Shown here: positions 12,107-25,307 of the stretch, piece by piece
How positions within the stretch are numbered: the stretch's first letter is position 1
How the letters are laid out: each line of letters starts with the position of its first letter
Assembly (NCBI RefSeq): GCF_030144855.1
Contig: NC_082717.1
Location: forward strand, 21,948,001 to 22,012,000
From: Hypanus sabinus
Lineage: Eukaryota
Direction: 5' to 3'
Length of the DNA stretch: 64,000 nt
Position numbers and translations under genes: made by a program
The notes under the pieces: model-generated
What the model was told of the DNA's origin: nothing
Database searches by the model: none
The model's input: the letters and a program-made list of their open reading frames with translations, nothing else

Positions 12107-15100
12107 CTAGAGGTGGAGAAAAAGAAACAAAATTAGACTGTTTCACCTGTTGTCTCTTTCTTCCAAATGATTAGAGTCACTCGAGTCATTAGTCAAGATT
12201 TAGGATGCATAATTTGAAACAAACCACTATTATTGTCAAGAGCAAAATTGAGCACTGTTACATATACCACAGAATTTGCAGTGAATCAGCAACCCTTTCT
12301 TGGATGAGCAAGTTTCAATAATTTTCTGAAAATATAGTATTGATGTCATATTGTATATTAAGAAAATAATAGATGTTTTCCCCGTTTTACTGTGTTGCTG
12401 GTGTTCCTAGTAGGCTGAAAATCCACCTAAAAGATAAATCAAGAGCCCCCTCTGGTGATGAAAATTCAAAACTGATTTACCCAAGATAGAAAGATTTAAA
12501 GGTTAGATTATTTGTCACATGTACACCAAAAAAACCCCCCCCCAAAACATACAATGAGATGCATCACTTGCATCAACAACCAACAAAACCCGAGTATGTG
12601 TTGGGGGCAGCCTGCAAATATCGCCATGCTTCTGGACCAACGCAGCATGCCCACAATTTAAGAATGCTAACCCACATGTCTCTGAAATGTGAGAGGAAAC
12701 TTGAGAACCAGGAGGAAACCTATGTGGTCATGGGGAAAACAGATAATTTCCTTAAAAACAGCAGTGGGAATTGGACAATGACTGCTGCGGCTGTAATAGT
12801 ATAATAGTAACCACTACACTACTGTGCAACATTTACAAATACCACAGAATTTCATTTAGTACCCCAAGATCTTTTCAATGAATCAACATCAGACAACAGT
12901 TTCTGTGGGGCCACAGGGAAATTCAGACATGGGCAAAAAGCTCAGAGGTAGGTTTCATGGAACAAATTAAAGCAGGAGTGGTTCCTTGCCCAATAGTTTA
13001 ATACTCTGGATATAGGCATAAGGTATTAGATGAGCTAAAGCCAATGTACATGGTGAGCCAACAAGACAAGCATTGGAAAAAGTGAGGCTGGCATTTATGA
13101 GAGGTTTAGCAACTAAGGGCGAGAAAGAGACAGGAGAAAACACGTTGGAAGAAAGGGAAGGGGGAGCAGCACCTGAGGGAGGTAACTGGCCGGTGAGGAG
13201 ATAAGGTGAGAGAGGGGTGGGCAATTACCAGAAGATCAAAAAATTGATAGTGAAAGAGACAGGTAATATTTCAGAGTTGTATGCAGCCAGGTTTACTAAT
13301 GAAAGGGCACTAGATAAAGTGTTCAGCTCAGGTTCATTAAGGCTGCCAAGTTTTCAAATTAAATTGTTCAGCCTCAGATCTTAAGCAACAAAGAAAGTGG
13401 AAAATTCATATTAGGGAAGGACAAAAGGAGCCAAAATATCAAGGGGAGGGCCTGGGAGCTGACAGCTGTGCCACCACTACATGGAGACAAAACCCCCCCA
13501 TTTGCAATATGTGAACAACATTGAGTTATCTCTTGTGAATTTCTTGATCTTTTTCCTGAAATTAGGCCCTCAAGATTTGTAGTCTCAGGGTTAGAGGGAA
13601 CAGCCTTTCAGTATCTACATGTTTCCATGACTTACAACTGAGATTTGGTGATGCGTGGTTGGTAAATGAATAATCACTTGGCAAACATAATGCCCCAATG
13701 TGACAATGTTTCTGATGAATGAAGTAGCTTCCCCTGCGACGTAATCAAATTCCAGAAATATTTGACTCTGCTGTAATATTTTCTGTGCTGTTACGTAGTT
13801 CCACACAATTTTGTAAAATGAGATGTAGCAAATACAGTCCCATGTTTAACACAGTTTCACAATGGGTTTCCTGCACTGCTTAAAGAATGTTACTCTTTGC
13901 TCCAGGTGTGGTGATATGGAATCAGGTTAGCACAGACTAGATGGGCTGAAGTTTCTGTTGCTGTGCTGTGGTACTCTATTAACTATATATTTGCAAGTTA
14001 ATATGGACACTTTTGCCTGTTACAGAAGAGCATTTCATTTCATGAAAATAAAACTTTGGCACTGAGAGATCTGTAGTAAATTAGTACATTATAATTTTGC
14101 TTTCTCTCAGTTCTTTATTTCAGAATTCAAGTTATCAACTAATTCATTCTGATCAAGTAAGAAGAATTTAGCCACAGAGTTTAACATTAATTTAATCAAT
14201 TTTAATGCTCAGGTTACCCATATGCTACTCAACAGAAGTGTTGTTTATTGAAAACCCATTGTATGATAATGTTATACAAAAAGAGCACTTACACTGAAAC
14301 ACCTGTAAATGATTGCACTGACCTCCATGTATAATAGAAATACCCATCTCAGAAAAAAAGCTTTCATGGTTCTGCTATTATTTGTTGAAGTGGGTACTAC
14401 ATACCCAAAGGAGTTCTACTGTCATCAGCTGCAGCATGAATAGCATTTAAATCTTATCTAGCGGACTAAAAACCAGTTCATTTCCCACCGCTGCCTGCAA
14501 AGAGTTTGTACGTTTTCCCCGTGACCACATGGGTTTTCTCCTGGTGCTCTAGTTTCCTCCCACAGTCCAAAGATATACTGGTTGCTTGGTCATTGTAAAT
14601 TGTCCTGTGATTAGGCTAGGGTATCATTGGGGGATTGCTGAGTAGTATGGCACAAAGGGACAGAAGAACCTATTCCACACTGTATCTTAATAAATAAATC
14701 AAATCATTCTTGCACACGGTGTTACAACTGTGCTGTGTGTTACATTTTAAATCAGTTTTCCATTTATATTCTCCGTAGTTCTTGCCGTAAAGCTATGAGA
14801 ATTTTTACTGGCTTATTCATTGAAGTGCTGTTTTCACTCTCAAGTCAGTCATGCTGTCGCCCCTGTCAGTGCTCTAGCAAGTCACTGTAAAATTTTTTTG
14901 AAACAAATGCTTAAACAGTGGATAGGAACTTAACAGGAGACAACTATTTTATAGGCATTTGCACCACTGAATATCAAAAGTACACAATATATATTCATTA
15001 CATTAGTCTTTGCAAAGTGATAATAGAGGTGTAACTATTATGCAAATCTTGCTTTCTAAATGCTTTTATATCATGCTTTTACATGCAATACTATTTCAAA

Positions 15101-15180
15101 TTAGAAAGCATTTCATGTTCTACTGCACTGTAGCAAATGCAACTAATAATGAAAATTCTAAAAGTGTCTGCTTCAACACA

Positions 15181-16154
15181 CATGTCAACGATTTAGATGA
15201 GGGCATTGAAAACTATATCAGCAAGTTTGCTGACGATACTAAACTGGGTGGCAGTGTGACATGCGAAGAGGACATTAGGAGAATACAGGGAGACTTGGAT
15301 AGGCTGGGTGAGTGGGCAGATACTAGGCAGATGTCATTCAATGTGAATAAATGTGAAGTTATCCACTTTGGAAGCAGGAACAAGAGGGCAGAGTATTGTT
15401 TGAACGGTGTAGAGTTAGGTAAGGGAGAAATGCAAAGAGACCTAGGAGTCCTAGTTCATCAGTCAATGAAGATGAATGAGCAAGTGCAACAGGCAGTGAA
15501 GAGGGCAAATGGAATGTTGGCCTTTATTACAAGGGGAATTGAGTACAAGAGCAAGGATGTCCTTTTGCATTTGTACAGGGCCCTGGTGAGACCACACCTG
15601 GAATATTGTGTACAGTTTTGGTCTCCAGGTTTAAGGAAGGACATTCTGGCAATTGAGGAAGTGCAGCGTAGATTCACTAGGTTGATTCCTGGGATGGCAG
15701 GGCTGTCTTACGCAGAGAGATTGGAGAGATTGGGCTTGTACACACTGGAATTGAGGAGATTGAGAGGGGATCTGATTGAAACGTTTAAGATAATTAAAGG
15801 ATTTGATAAGATTGAGGCAGGAAATATATTCCAGATGTTGGGACAGTCCAGTACCAGAGGGCATGGATTGAGAATAAGAGGTCAGTTATTTAAAACAGAG
15901 TTGAGGAAAAACTTCTTCTCCCAGAGAGTTGTGGAGGTGTGGAATGCACTGACTCGGAAGACAGTGGAGGCCAATTCTCTGGATGCTTTCAAGAAGGAGC
16001 TAGATAGATATCTGATGGATAGCGGAATCAAGGGATATGGGGACAAGGCAGGGACTGGGTATTGATAGTGAATGATCAGCCATGATCTCAGAATGGCGGT
16101 GCAGACTCGAGGGGCCGAATGGTCTATTTCTGCACCTATTGTCTATTATCTATT
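15181..16154 (+). mobile_element. Young 5'-truncated CR1 LINE
   Basis: Uninterrupted frame KFADDTKL...LVRPHLEYCVQFW...RGDLIETFK to its stop, then a 3' UTR and CTATT(G/A)T tail. Confidence 0.95.
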
Positions 16155-16921
16155 AACACAATTTTTGCAAATCATTGGAAATAATCTTCACTAGTTCCCC
16201 ACAAAAAAAACCTCATATTTAAAAAATTTCTATAGAATCATCTAATAATACGTTTCAACCTCATAGCAATAATACCTCAATCCTGGTAATAACACTAATT
16301 GAGATTTACTATATCCTTTACAGTTTGTCAGTTAGTTTCCCTGAAATGCCAGTGGTTAATTTTATTTCAATAACAGCACTGCTCTCCACCCTTCACCAAA
16401 TCACCTAGCATATCTGTGAAGCCTTGTCACACAAAAAAAACGATGAATTCACCTACAAAACAGTCACCTCACATCATTAGCAATAAGGCATTTTGTAAAT
16501 GAAAATTATTTTCTTTAACACTGGATAATCAGTTCCTTGAAAAAAATTCAGTATCCTACTTTTTATGTTAATCCATAATCACATTTGCCCAAATGCATAA
16601 ACTCACCTTTAAGAATATTGTCTGCACCTTAGATTCCTCCATTTCACTTGACTTTAAGAAACAAAGGCAGCCTCTGTGCCTATTACACAATGTAATAAGA
16701 TCATTGCTGATCTTTTAACAATGTTACACTAATCATCGCAACAGTCACAGTGAGTACATGCAAACCCCACCCAGACAGAACACGGGGTCATGACTGAATC
16801 TATGTGTCTGGAGCTGTGAGAGAACTTTGCCAAGTGCTTTCAGATCGTTTTTTCCAAAAAAAAATCATAGCTACAAAAGACCATCACAATTTCAACAATG
16901 AGCCATGTGATATAACTGTAC

Positions 16922-17032
16922 CTGGGAATGTGTCTTTGTCAGCATCTGTTTTATGTTTCCTTGCGTTGATGTTATTTTGTAAAACCTTCATGTATTCTAC
17001 ACGCTTTTCCTCTAATCCAGCCAATGGAATAT
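16922..17032 (-). CDS. MOCS3: MOCS3 exon 12 (YIPLAGLEEKRVEYMKVLQNNINARKHKTDADKDTFP)
   Basis: IPL motif continues exon 11 in phase 1; CAG acceptor and GTACAG donor; 111 nt; phase matches exon 13. Confidence 0.9.
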
Positions 17033-18082
17033 CTGACATGGTGGATAAGAAACAATACTGAAGGCCTTCAATCTGAAACAAAATTATGAATTGCTAAACC
17101 AAAATAATTACAAATAAGAGAATACCGTAGTTGTCTAGCTGGGAGGTTAATTTACTGAACCAATAATCCAGACACCTGGGAAATGACCAGGGACATGAGG
17201 GATAGGCAGTAGCAGTAGATTGTTATTATTCCAGACAGAAGTATGACAATGGAGCACTCGGGGTCAATGGAGGGACCACTGCTTTCTTCAATATATACTT
17301 AATGACTCACTTATGAGCATACATGATTAAAATTTCCAAATTTGCTGATGCTATGAAACAAGACAGCATTGCAAAAAGTGAAGAGGAAAGTAATAATCTA
17401 GGAAACAATGAAGGTGGACTGATAAAACAGATGAAAAATCTAAGATGAAAGTGCAAAGAGCAGTGACCCACTTTGACAGAAGCGTTCTAAAGAGAGCGTA
17501 TGAGCCGAGACAACCAAGTGAAGATTTACATAAATACGTAAAGTCACTGAGTCATATTCACAGACTGTTTATTAAAGTTTGGGATTTGGGATACCCATGT
17601 TTCATTACCAGAAGCATAAAATACAAAAGGAGCAATGTTATTTTGAAAATCAATACAACTGCAGATGCTGAAAGAAGAAACTGCTGGAAATACTCAGCAG
17701 TGGAAGAGAAAATGCACCATTGTTTCAAGTCAAAAGATATTTCATCAGAGTGGAGTTGTTTACCTATTCTGATGAGAAGTCATCAACATGATACTGTGAG
17801 GCTAAGCACAGCTCCAATGCCATATTTGAGTTTGTGGTCGCTGGCAGTCAAAGGTGCTGATGAATCAGCATTTAGGAGGGGAACTGAAAATCTGGCTGAG
17901 TGAAACCGCAACAACCACCTCTCACTCAATGTCCGCAAAATCAAAGAGCTGATTATTGACTACAGGAGGAGAAAACCAAAGGTCCATGAGTCAGTCCTCA
18001 TCAGGGGATCAGAAGTGAAACGGGTCAGCAACTTTAAAATCCTTGGTGTTATCATTTCAGAGGGTTTGTCCTGGGTCCAGCA

Positions 18083-19676
18083 CACACGGAAGGCTGCTGG
18101 ACCAGACAATATTCCTGGCAGAGTGCTGAGGATGTGCAGACCAGCTAGCAGGTGTTCTCACTGACATCTTCAACATCTCCCTGAGCAGTGCCACCAGTCC
18201 AACGTGCTTCAAGGCGACCACCATCGTCACTGTGCCAAACAAGTCTTCAGTGTCCTGCCTCAATGACTACCGCCCCATTGCACTCACATCCATCATCATG
18301 AAGTGTTTCCAGAGGCTCATCATTAGGCACATCAAGACCCTGCTGCCCCTCTCACTGGAACCTCTGCAGTTCGCGTACCGTCCCAACTGTCCAACAGACG
18401 ACGCCATTGTTGTCCCCCCTCCACTTGGCCCTAACCCATCTAGACAAAAAAGACAAGTACGTTCAAATGCTATTCATAGACTTCAGTTCCGCATTCAACA
18501 CAATCATTCCTCAGAAACTGATTGGAAAGCTGAGCTGACTGGGCCTGAACACCCCTCTGTAACTGGATCCTAGACTTCCTGACTGGGAGACCCCAGTCAG
18601 TCCAGATCGGAAGCAGCATGTCCAACACCATCACAATGAGCATGGGGGCCCCCCACGGCTGTGTGCTCAGTCCACTGCTGTTCACTCAGCTGACCCACGA
18701 CTGTTTTGCAACACACAGCTCGAACCACATAATCAAGTTCGCCGATGACACGACCAGGATTGGTCTCATCAGCAAGAACAATGAGTCAGCATACAGAGAG
18801 GAGGTGCAGCGGCTAACGGACTGGTGCAGAGCCAACAACCTGTCTCTGAATGTGAACAAAACAAAAGAGATGGTTGTTGACTTCAGCAGGGCCTGGAGCG
18901 ACCACTCCCCACTGAACATCGACTGCTCCTCGGTAGAGATCGTTAAGAGCACCAAATTTCTCGGTGTTCACCTGGTGGAGAATCTCACCTAGTCCCTCAA
19001 CGCCAGCTCCATAACAAAGAAAGCCCAATAATGTCTCTACTTTCTGCGAAGGCTGAGAAAAGTCCATTTCACACCCTCATCACATTCTACAGGGATTGAA
19101 TTGAGAGCATCCTGAGCAGCTGCATCACTGCCTGGTTCGGAAATTGCACCATCTCAGGTCGCAAGACCCTGTAGTGGATAGTGAGGTCAGCTGAGAAGAT
19201 CATTGGGGTCGCTCTTCCAGCCATTACAGACACTTACACCACACGCTGCATCCGCAAAGCAAACAGCATTATGAAAGATCCCAAGCACCCCTCATACAAA
19301 CTCTTCTCCCTCCTGCCACCTGGCAAAAGGCACCAAAGCATTCGGACTCTAACGACCAGACTATGTAACAGTTTCTTCCCCCAAGCCATCAGACTCCTCA
19401 ATACCCAGAGTCTGGACTGACACCAACTTACTGCCCTCTACTGTGCCTACTGTCATGTTTAGTATTTATTGTAATGCCTGCACTGTTTTGTGCATCTTAT
19501 GCAGTCCTGGGTAGGTCTGTAGTCTAGTGTAGTTTTTGTGTTGTTTTATGTAGTTCAGTGTAGTTTTTATGTTGTTTCATGTAGCACCATGGTCCTGAAA
19601 AACACTGTCTCATTTATACTGTGTACTGTACCAGCAGTTATGGTCAAAATGACAATAAAAAGTGACTTGACTTGAC
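18083..19676 (+). mobile_element. Rex1/Babar-like LINE nested inside an older related copy (about 17795-20325)
   Basis: [25 protein letters not shown] and IIKFADDTT fragments; AATAAA plus (GACTT)n tail; the host element resumes after 19677. Confidence 0.85.
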
Positions 19677-22600
19677 AAAGAAAGCAAGGCAGTGCCACTA
19701 ATTTCTTAGTTTACAAAGATTTGGCACACCTAAAATTTTGACAAACGTCTATAAATGGATGGTGGAGAGTCCATTGACTGGTTGCATCACAGCCTGGAAT
19801 GGAATGGAAAAGCCTGCAAAAATGTTTTGCATATAACCCAATTCATCACAGGTAAAACCTACCATTGAGTGCACTTACACAGACTGTTGTCACAGGAAAG
19901 CAGCATCCATCAACAAAGACCCCAACCATCCAGCCCATGCTCTCTTCTCTTTGCTACCGTCAGGAAGAAAGTACAGGAGTCTCATGACTCACACCACCAG
20001 ATTCAGCATCAGTTATTACCCCTCAACTATCAGGATTTTGAACCAGAAGGGATATGTTCCCTCACTCCCTCCAACACTGAACTGTTCCCATAATCTCTTC
20101 ATCTCATGTTCTTGACATTTATTATTTATTTACTATTATTATTTGTCGTTTTTTTCTTTTTGTATTTGTATACTTTGTTGTCTTTTGCCTATTGGCTGTT
20201 TGTCCATGTTATGTGTCCTCATTGATTCTATTGTGTTTCTTTGTATTTACTGTGAATGCCCTCAAGAAGATGAATCTCAGGGTAGTATACATGCTTTGAA
20301 AATAAACTTTACTTTGAACTTGCAACACTAGCTTTTTCTTTTTCTGTGATATGGGCAGACCCGCTAAGCATTCACAGCATTTTCAGATTTTGTACATTCT
20401 GAACCTGAACTCCTGTACTGTTAAGTTCAAGGGTCCTACTACTGACTTCTGGACACCGCACGTGGCGTACCAATCATTCCAACTCTTGGTAACTATTTGC
20501 TTTCTTCCCAGTGAATCCATTATGGCTTCTGTCCCATCCCCACCTCCTCTGCAACTTAAAACTAACAAATTTTTTCTCCTCCTCATTTCTGACAAATGGT
20601 CTTCAACCCAAAAGAATAATTCTGTTGCTCTTTCCGTAGATCTAGCCTGACTGACATGAATTTTTCCAGTATACTGTTTTAAGTCACAGGATAAGTTTCA
20701 ATGCCCGAACTAAGGTCAACTTTATTGTCATTACACTGTATGTATGTATACTGCCAAATAAAACAACATACCTCTGGACTAAGTGAACAACACAATACAT
20801 AACTCACATACACAGGGTAATAATACCACAAATAAATTAACAAATAATAAAAAAAGGAAGATTGACATTTACCATCAGATGCATTTATGACACAAGTTAA
20901 AAAGTAAACAGTATAATGCTACTAGGACTCTGTACATGATGAGGCCTGGGTAGTGGCCTCTCACAACCTGGGAAAGAAGCTTTTTCCCATCCTGACAGTC
21001 CTTGTTCCAATGCTACAGTACTTCCAGCCTGATGGTGAAGTGGGGGGGGGGGGGGGGGTAGTTCCAAAGAGATTGTGGGACAGATGGGAGAGATCTTTGA
21101 CAATGCTAAAAGCCCTGCATATGCAGTGCTCCTGAAAATATCTCAGATAGGTAGAAGACAGACCCCATACACTGAACATGATGGCTTAACCAGGTTTTAA
21201 GTTACTTGCTAGAAGATAAGGCAAATATTTATATTAATAGCTTGTAAAACAATAGGACTGCTCGCTTAGCTAATCCAAGTAGATGAGAAACAATTGTGAA
21301 AGTAAAGCAAAAGCTCTCAAAAGAAATTTGAGAAACAAGTACATGACAACAGGGAAAAGCAATAATACCAAACTTCAATCAAAAGAAACAAGAGTAAATT
21401 CAGCAAATAAAAAGGAATCAGCTGAGTACAGCAGTAAAGCATTTTCTTAGACACTGCAAAGGAGAAGAATTTACAATACACGATGATTGTGTTGCTTTTG
21501 TGCCCAGATGAAGTACAATAGTTTATGTTAAGACACATTTCACAAAAAAAGAACATCCAGCAACTTCATAAATCTTAAGTATACTTTTGACAACATATGG
21601 CAAGTAGTGTTTGGTATTCCTGTGAAACTTGTCAGACTGAAAGAAAACAGCCATGACAACTCCTTTTCAAATGGATTCGTAAATAGAAGAAATGAGTTTG
21701 ATCAGTATTTGAGACGGCAAAGATGTACACTGTCCCGTTCTCTTTAATCTGCTACTGAAAGTAGCAATAAATATTGAATTAGAAGTTGATATTGCTTCAC
21801 ACTCTTTGTTTGACATCACTTGAAGTCCTGAGTTAAACTAGTGTTTCAAGATCAAGTAAATTCTTTCTTCAAGATTAGAATGCTTGCAAGATGTTTGGTT
21901 ATGATAGCAAGCATTACTGGAAAACTAGCTGAAGAATCACTGCAAGATCAAAGGAATATCTATATTTTAAAACATGAAAGTTGCAAAAATGCACATTATG
22001 CTGCTGTATAACTACTTCTATTTTTGTTTATTTTCAATTGCATTAACCTGTACAATCAAACGAATCTTTTATAAAATGGATTACATCAATTATTGAATTC
22101 TCATAACTAATCTCTTGTTCACAACAGCATTGCTGTCCCAACAAATAACAGTTTCCCAAGTCTTAAAATACCTAACATCAGACAGAATTTTTTTAAATTA
22201 GCCTCATTTGCAATATAAAATTGTCAAATAGAATTAATGTGAGTAGCAATAACAGGATGAAACAGAATACAGAGATTTAAAACTGAAAGGATATTTTATT
22301 TAATCATTTAAATCAGCAGTCTGAGAAATGTCTAAAAGTACTGCTAGAGAGCAAAGTTTTGGAAGGAATTATAGAAATGAAATCCAAATTAAATCGATCT
22401 TCTTTTCCTTTTTTCAGTTTTTCCTCTCCCATGTATATATCTACTTTCAACAGAAACTAGAGAAAAAAAAATGACGAAGAGAGAACACTCTGGCCTCAGA
22501 ATTAGGTCTGCAGAAATGAGTTTATAACCTTCAAATGAAAACGTACTCAACATGGAGTAGGATGTGATGAGAAACATTTCCAGGACATTTTGACCGGACA

Positions 22601-22719
22601 CTTGCAGGTTTACATGGGTCAGAAAATGACATCTTACTAACCTGCAAATGACCTAGAATAATTAGGTCTCCAGAGTGTACCACTATAATGAAACCTCACT
22701 AGGGTAAATCATGAGGAAG

Positions 22720-23340
22720 TCCTTGTGCAGGATTCCCTAAAGCTTAATTTGTAGGTTAATTTTGCAGTGAGGAAGGTGAATGCAACATCAGCATTCATTT
22801 CAAGAGGACTAGAATAACAAAGCAAGGACGTAATACTGAGGCTGGAAAAGACCCTGGTGAGGCCTCAAATGGAGCACTGTGAGCAGCTTTGGGCCCCTTA
22901 TTACATTGGAGAGAGTTCAGAGGAGGTTTACGAAGAGGCTTCCAGGAATGCAAGGGTTATCATACGAGCAGCAGTTGAAGGCTCTGGGCAGGTACTCGCT
23001 GGAATTTAGAAGAATGATGGTGGTGGCTGGGGGGGTGGGGGGGGAGGATCTGATTGAATCCTATCGAATGTTGAAAGGCCTAGATAGAGTGGATGGGAAG
23101 AGGATGTTTCCTTGGGTGGGTGAGTCTAGAACCACTCTCAAAATAGAAGTACAGGTGGCTGTGGAAGCCAGGCCAGTGGATGCATTTAAGGTGGAGGTTG
23201 ATAGGTTCTTGATTAGTCAGAGTGTGCAAAGGGAGAAGGCGGGAGAATGGGGTTAAGAGGAAATGGATGAGCATGATGAAACAGCAGAGCAGATTCAATG
23301 AGCTGAATGGCCTAATTCTGCTCCTATGTCATATGATCTT
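22720..23340 (+). mobile_element. CR1 LINE 3' fragment
   Basis: LERVQRRFTK...DLIESYRMLKGLDRVD. Confidence 0.85.
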
Positions 23341-23685
23341 TTCCTCAGCTGTTGTCATTCAGACATCCTGACTCCATATACTAACCCATAAGCTTTCCAC
23401 CTAAAACAAGCCACAAACTTACCATTAGCCTTCCAACACCACCTTCACCACTCAAAGCTCCTTATGTCCAATCACCTTTTTACCACTTCCAACCTCCTCC
23501 TGCTCCCACACAGCCACTTAGTTCATTCCAGGATTTGAATTATTGGGACTCAGTACTGAAAATACTCAGCACCGCCTCTTTTAATACAGAATGAATGCAG
23601 TGGATCCAGATATGCTTACAAAATTATGCTCATTCTCTCTCTCCAGTGTACTAACCATCAAAATGAAAAACAAACTGAAGGATAC

Positions 23686-23782
23686 AAATAGAGTTAGGTA
23701 GATGGCATATGTCAACCTCCACCTGTGGACGAACATCCACCAAAACATGAGGAATATCTTCATCCAAATGACGTTTATATTC
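23686..23782 (-). CDS. MOCS3: MOCS3 exon 11 ([32 protein letters not shown])
   Basis: Rhodanese DVR motif; ends at |GTATCCTT; 97 nt. Confidence 0.96.
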
Positions 23783-24008
23783 CTAAAGTTATGGAGAAGA
23801 AAATTATAACAGGGTTAGCATTCTAAGAAACTTAAGAGTCTTGAGAATAATTTGGATTTACAAACTACACCATTGCTCTGTACAACAATACAAATACACT
23901 CAATTTTCAGGCATATAAAATGCATCCAACAGAGCCATTACACTTCAAGTGAAGTGTACATAAAGCAAAATTTACCCTTGTTATGAAAGTAAGTAGAAAG
24001 CAGCTTAC

Positions 24009-24056
24009 CTGTACGGTTATTCTCTGTTCTCCAGTTAACAAATTAAGCTTCCTACA
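24009..24056 (-). CDS. MOCS3: MOCS3 exon 10 (CRKLNLLTGEQRITVQ), inter-domain linker
   Basis: TTTAG acceptor and GTAAGC donor; 48 nt, phase 0-0; resembles human CRSLQLLSPEERVSV. Confidence 0.92.
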
Positions 24057-25143
24057 CTAAAATCACAATGCATAAATGATGGGAGAGAATTAGACATCAG
24101 AATAATGAACAGCAATTAGATATCTTAAGTAGAAATTATGAAGTGATGACCATTAATCTCAGCTATCTATAAGGGAATACAACTTAATCATTAACAGCAT
24201 ATTAAAAGAAACAATGAAAACTGGGCTTGGTTGCACCCTAATCTACAGAGTGTATTACCTGAGCTGTAACAGTGAACTGGACCCAGTATCTTATCCCAGT
24301 GCTTTAGGATAAAGGTGCCCAAAGTCATCCTTACTTTATCTCCATCACATCTGTTGGGGCAATATCACCTTTAACTCTCAGTATAAACTGAAGATTTCCT
24401 TCTCCTGTAGTTGGGAGAGACTTCAGCTACGCCCGCTCCCATCTCTTATCTATCTGAGAATTAAGGTACGAACCAACTTACCCCACGCCAGCTTTCAGAG
24501 TTAATAGTTCCTGTTGCCCCATTCCTGATACATCCAGATGGATGTCACCATTAAATAGTTCTACCCCTGCTTCCCTTTTCAGAATTTTATGTTTCTTTGT
24601 TCTGTCCACGTGTCTGCTTTTCAGTCACCACCACCCACTCTCAAGCTGCCTTTACATGGAAGTGGAGAAACTGCCCACTATAATAAGCATCGCTGCCCAT
24701 GCCAAGGGCCCCAAACTTTCCCTCCACAGTAAATACCAATCTGCTTCTCTTTCTTTGTGTATACCAGAATCTTTTCTAATTAATATGCCAATCACACTTC
24801 ATAAAACCACAGAAAACTTACAGCACAATACAGGCCTTTTGGCCCACAAAGCTGTGCCGAACATGTCCCAACCTTACAACTACCTAGGCTTTACCCACAG
24901 CCCTCTATTTTTCTAAGCTCCATGTACCTACCCAGGAGTCTCTTAAAAGACCCTATGGTTTCCACCTCCACCACTGTCGCTGGCTGCCCATCCCATGCAT
25001 TCACCACTCTCCTACTCCTGACATCTTCAGGCGAACTTATTATTAAACAAACCACAATTCTGGCAAAGAGCCTTTCTGCAGTCAATGTTTTTTCTTCTGT
25101 TTTTAAACTCAGTTCTATGATCTAACAAAGCAGTGTTCTTGAC

Positions 25144-25307
25144 CTGATCGGTTGCTGCTGAGCCACAGAATATCTCATAATCGATCAAATCCTTCACTGC
25201 TGGATTCTCACTGCATACTGCACATGTCGGCTGTTTTTGTCGAAGCTTAATGGTGCGAAATCGAGATTCCAGAGCATCAAATACCAACATCTGTTGGCTG
25301 TACGATG
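25144..25307 (-). CDS. MOCS3: MOCS3 exon 9 (PSYSQQMLVFDALESRFRTIKLRQKQPTCAVCSENPAVKDLIDYEIFCGSAATDQ)
   Basis: Second CxxC and DYExFCG motif; CAG acceptor; GTCAAG donor; 164 nt. Confidence 0.96.

Larger units (their letters stand above)
17033..23685 (-). other. MOCS3 intron 11: U12-type GT-AG intron (6653 nt)
   Basis: 5' GTATCCTTC matches the U12 consensus core; 3' end TTTCTTATCCACCATGTCAG has a weak branch-like motif. Confidence 0.8.

Noticed and set aside
15010-16065. Longest ORF (351 aa) as a host gene
   Set aside because: It is the C-terminal part of CR1 ORF2 fused by chance to upstream intronic sequence.
24251-24532. Possible solo LTR (TGTATTA...TGATACA with TATAAA)
   Set aside because: No TSD and no second copy in the window; insufficient support.
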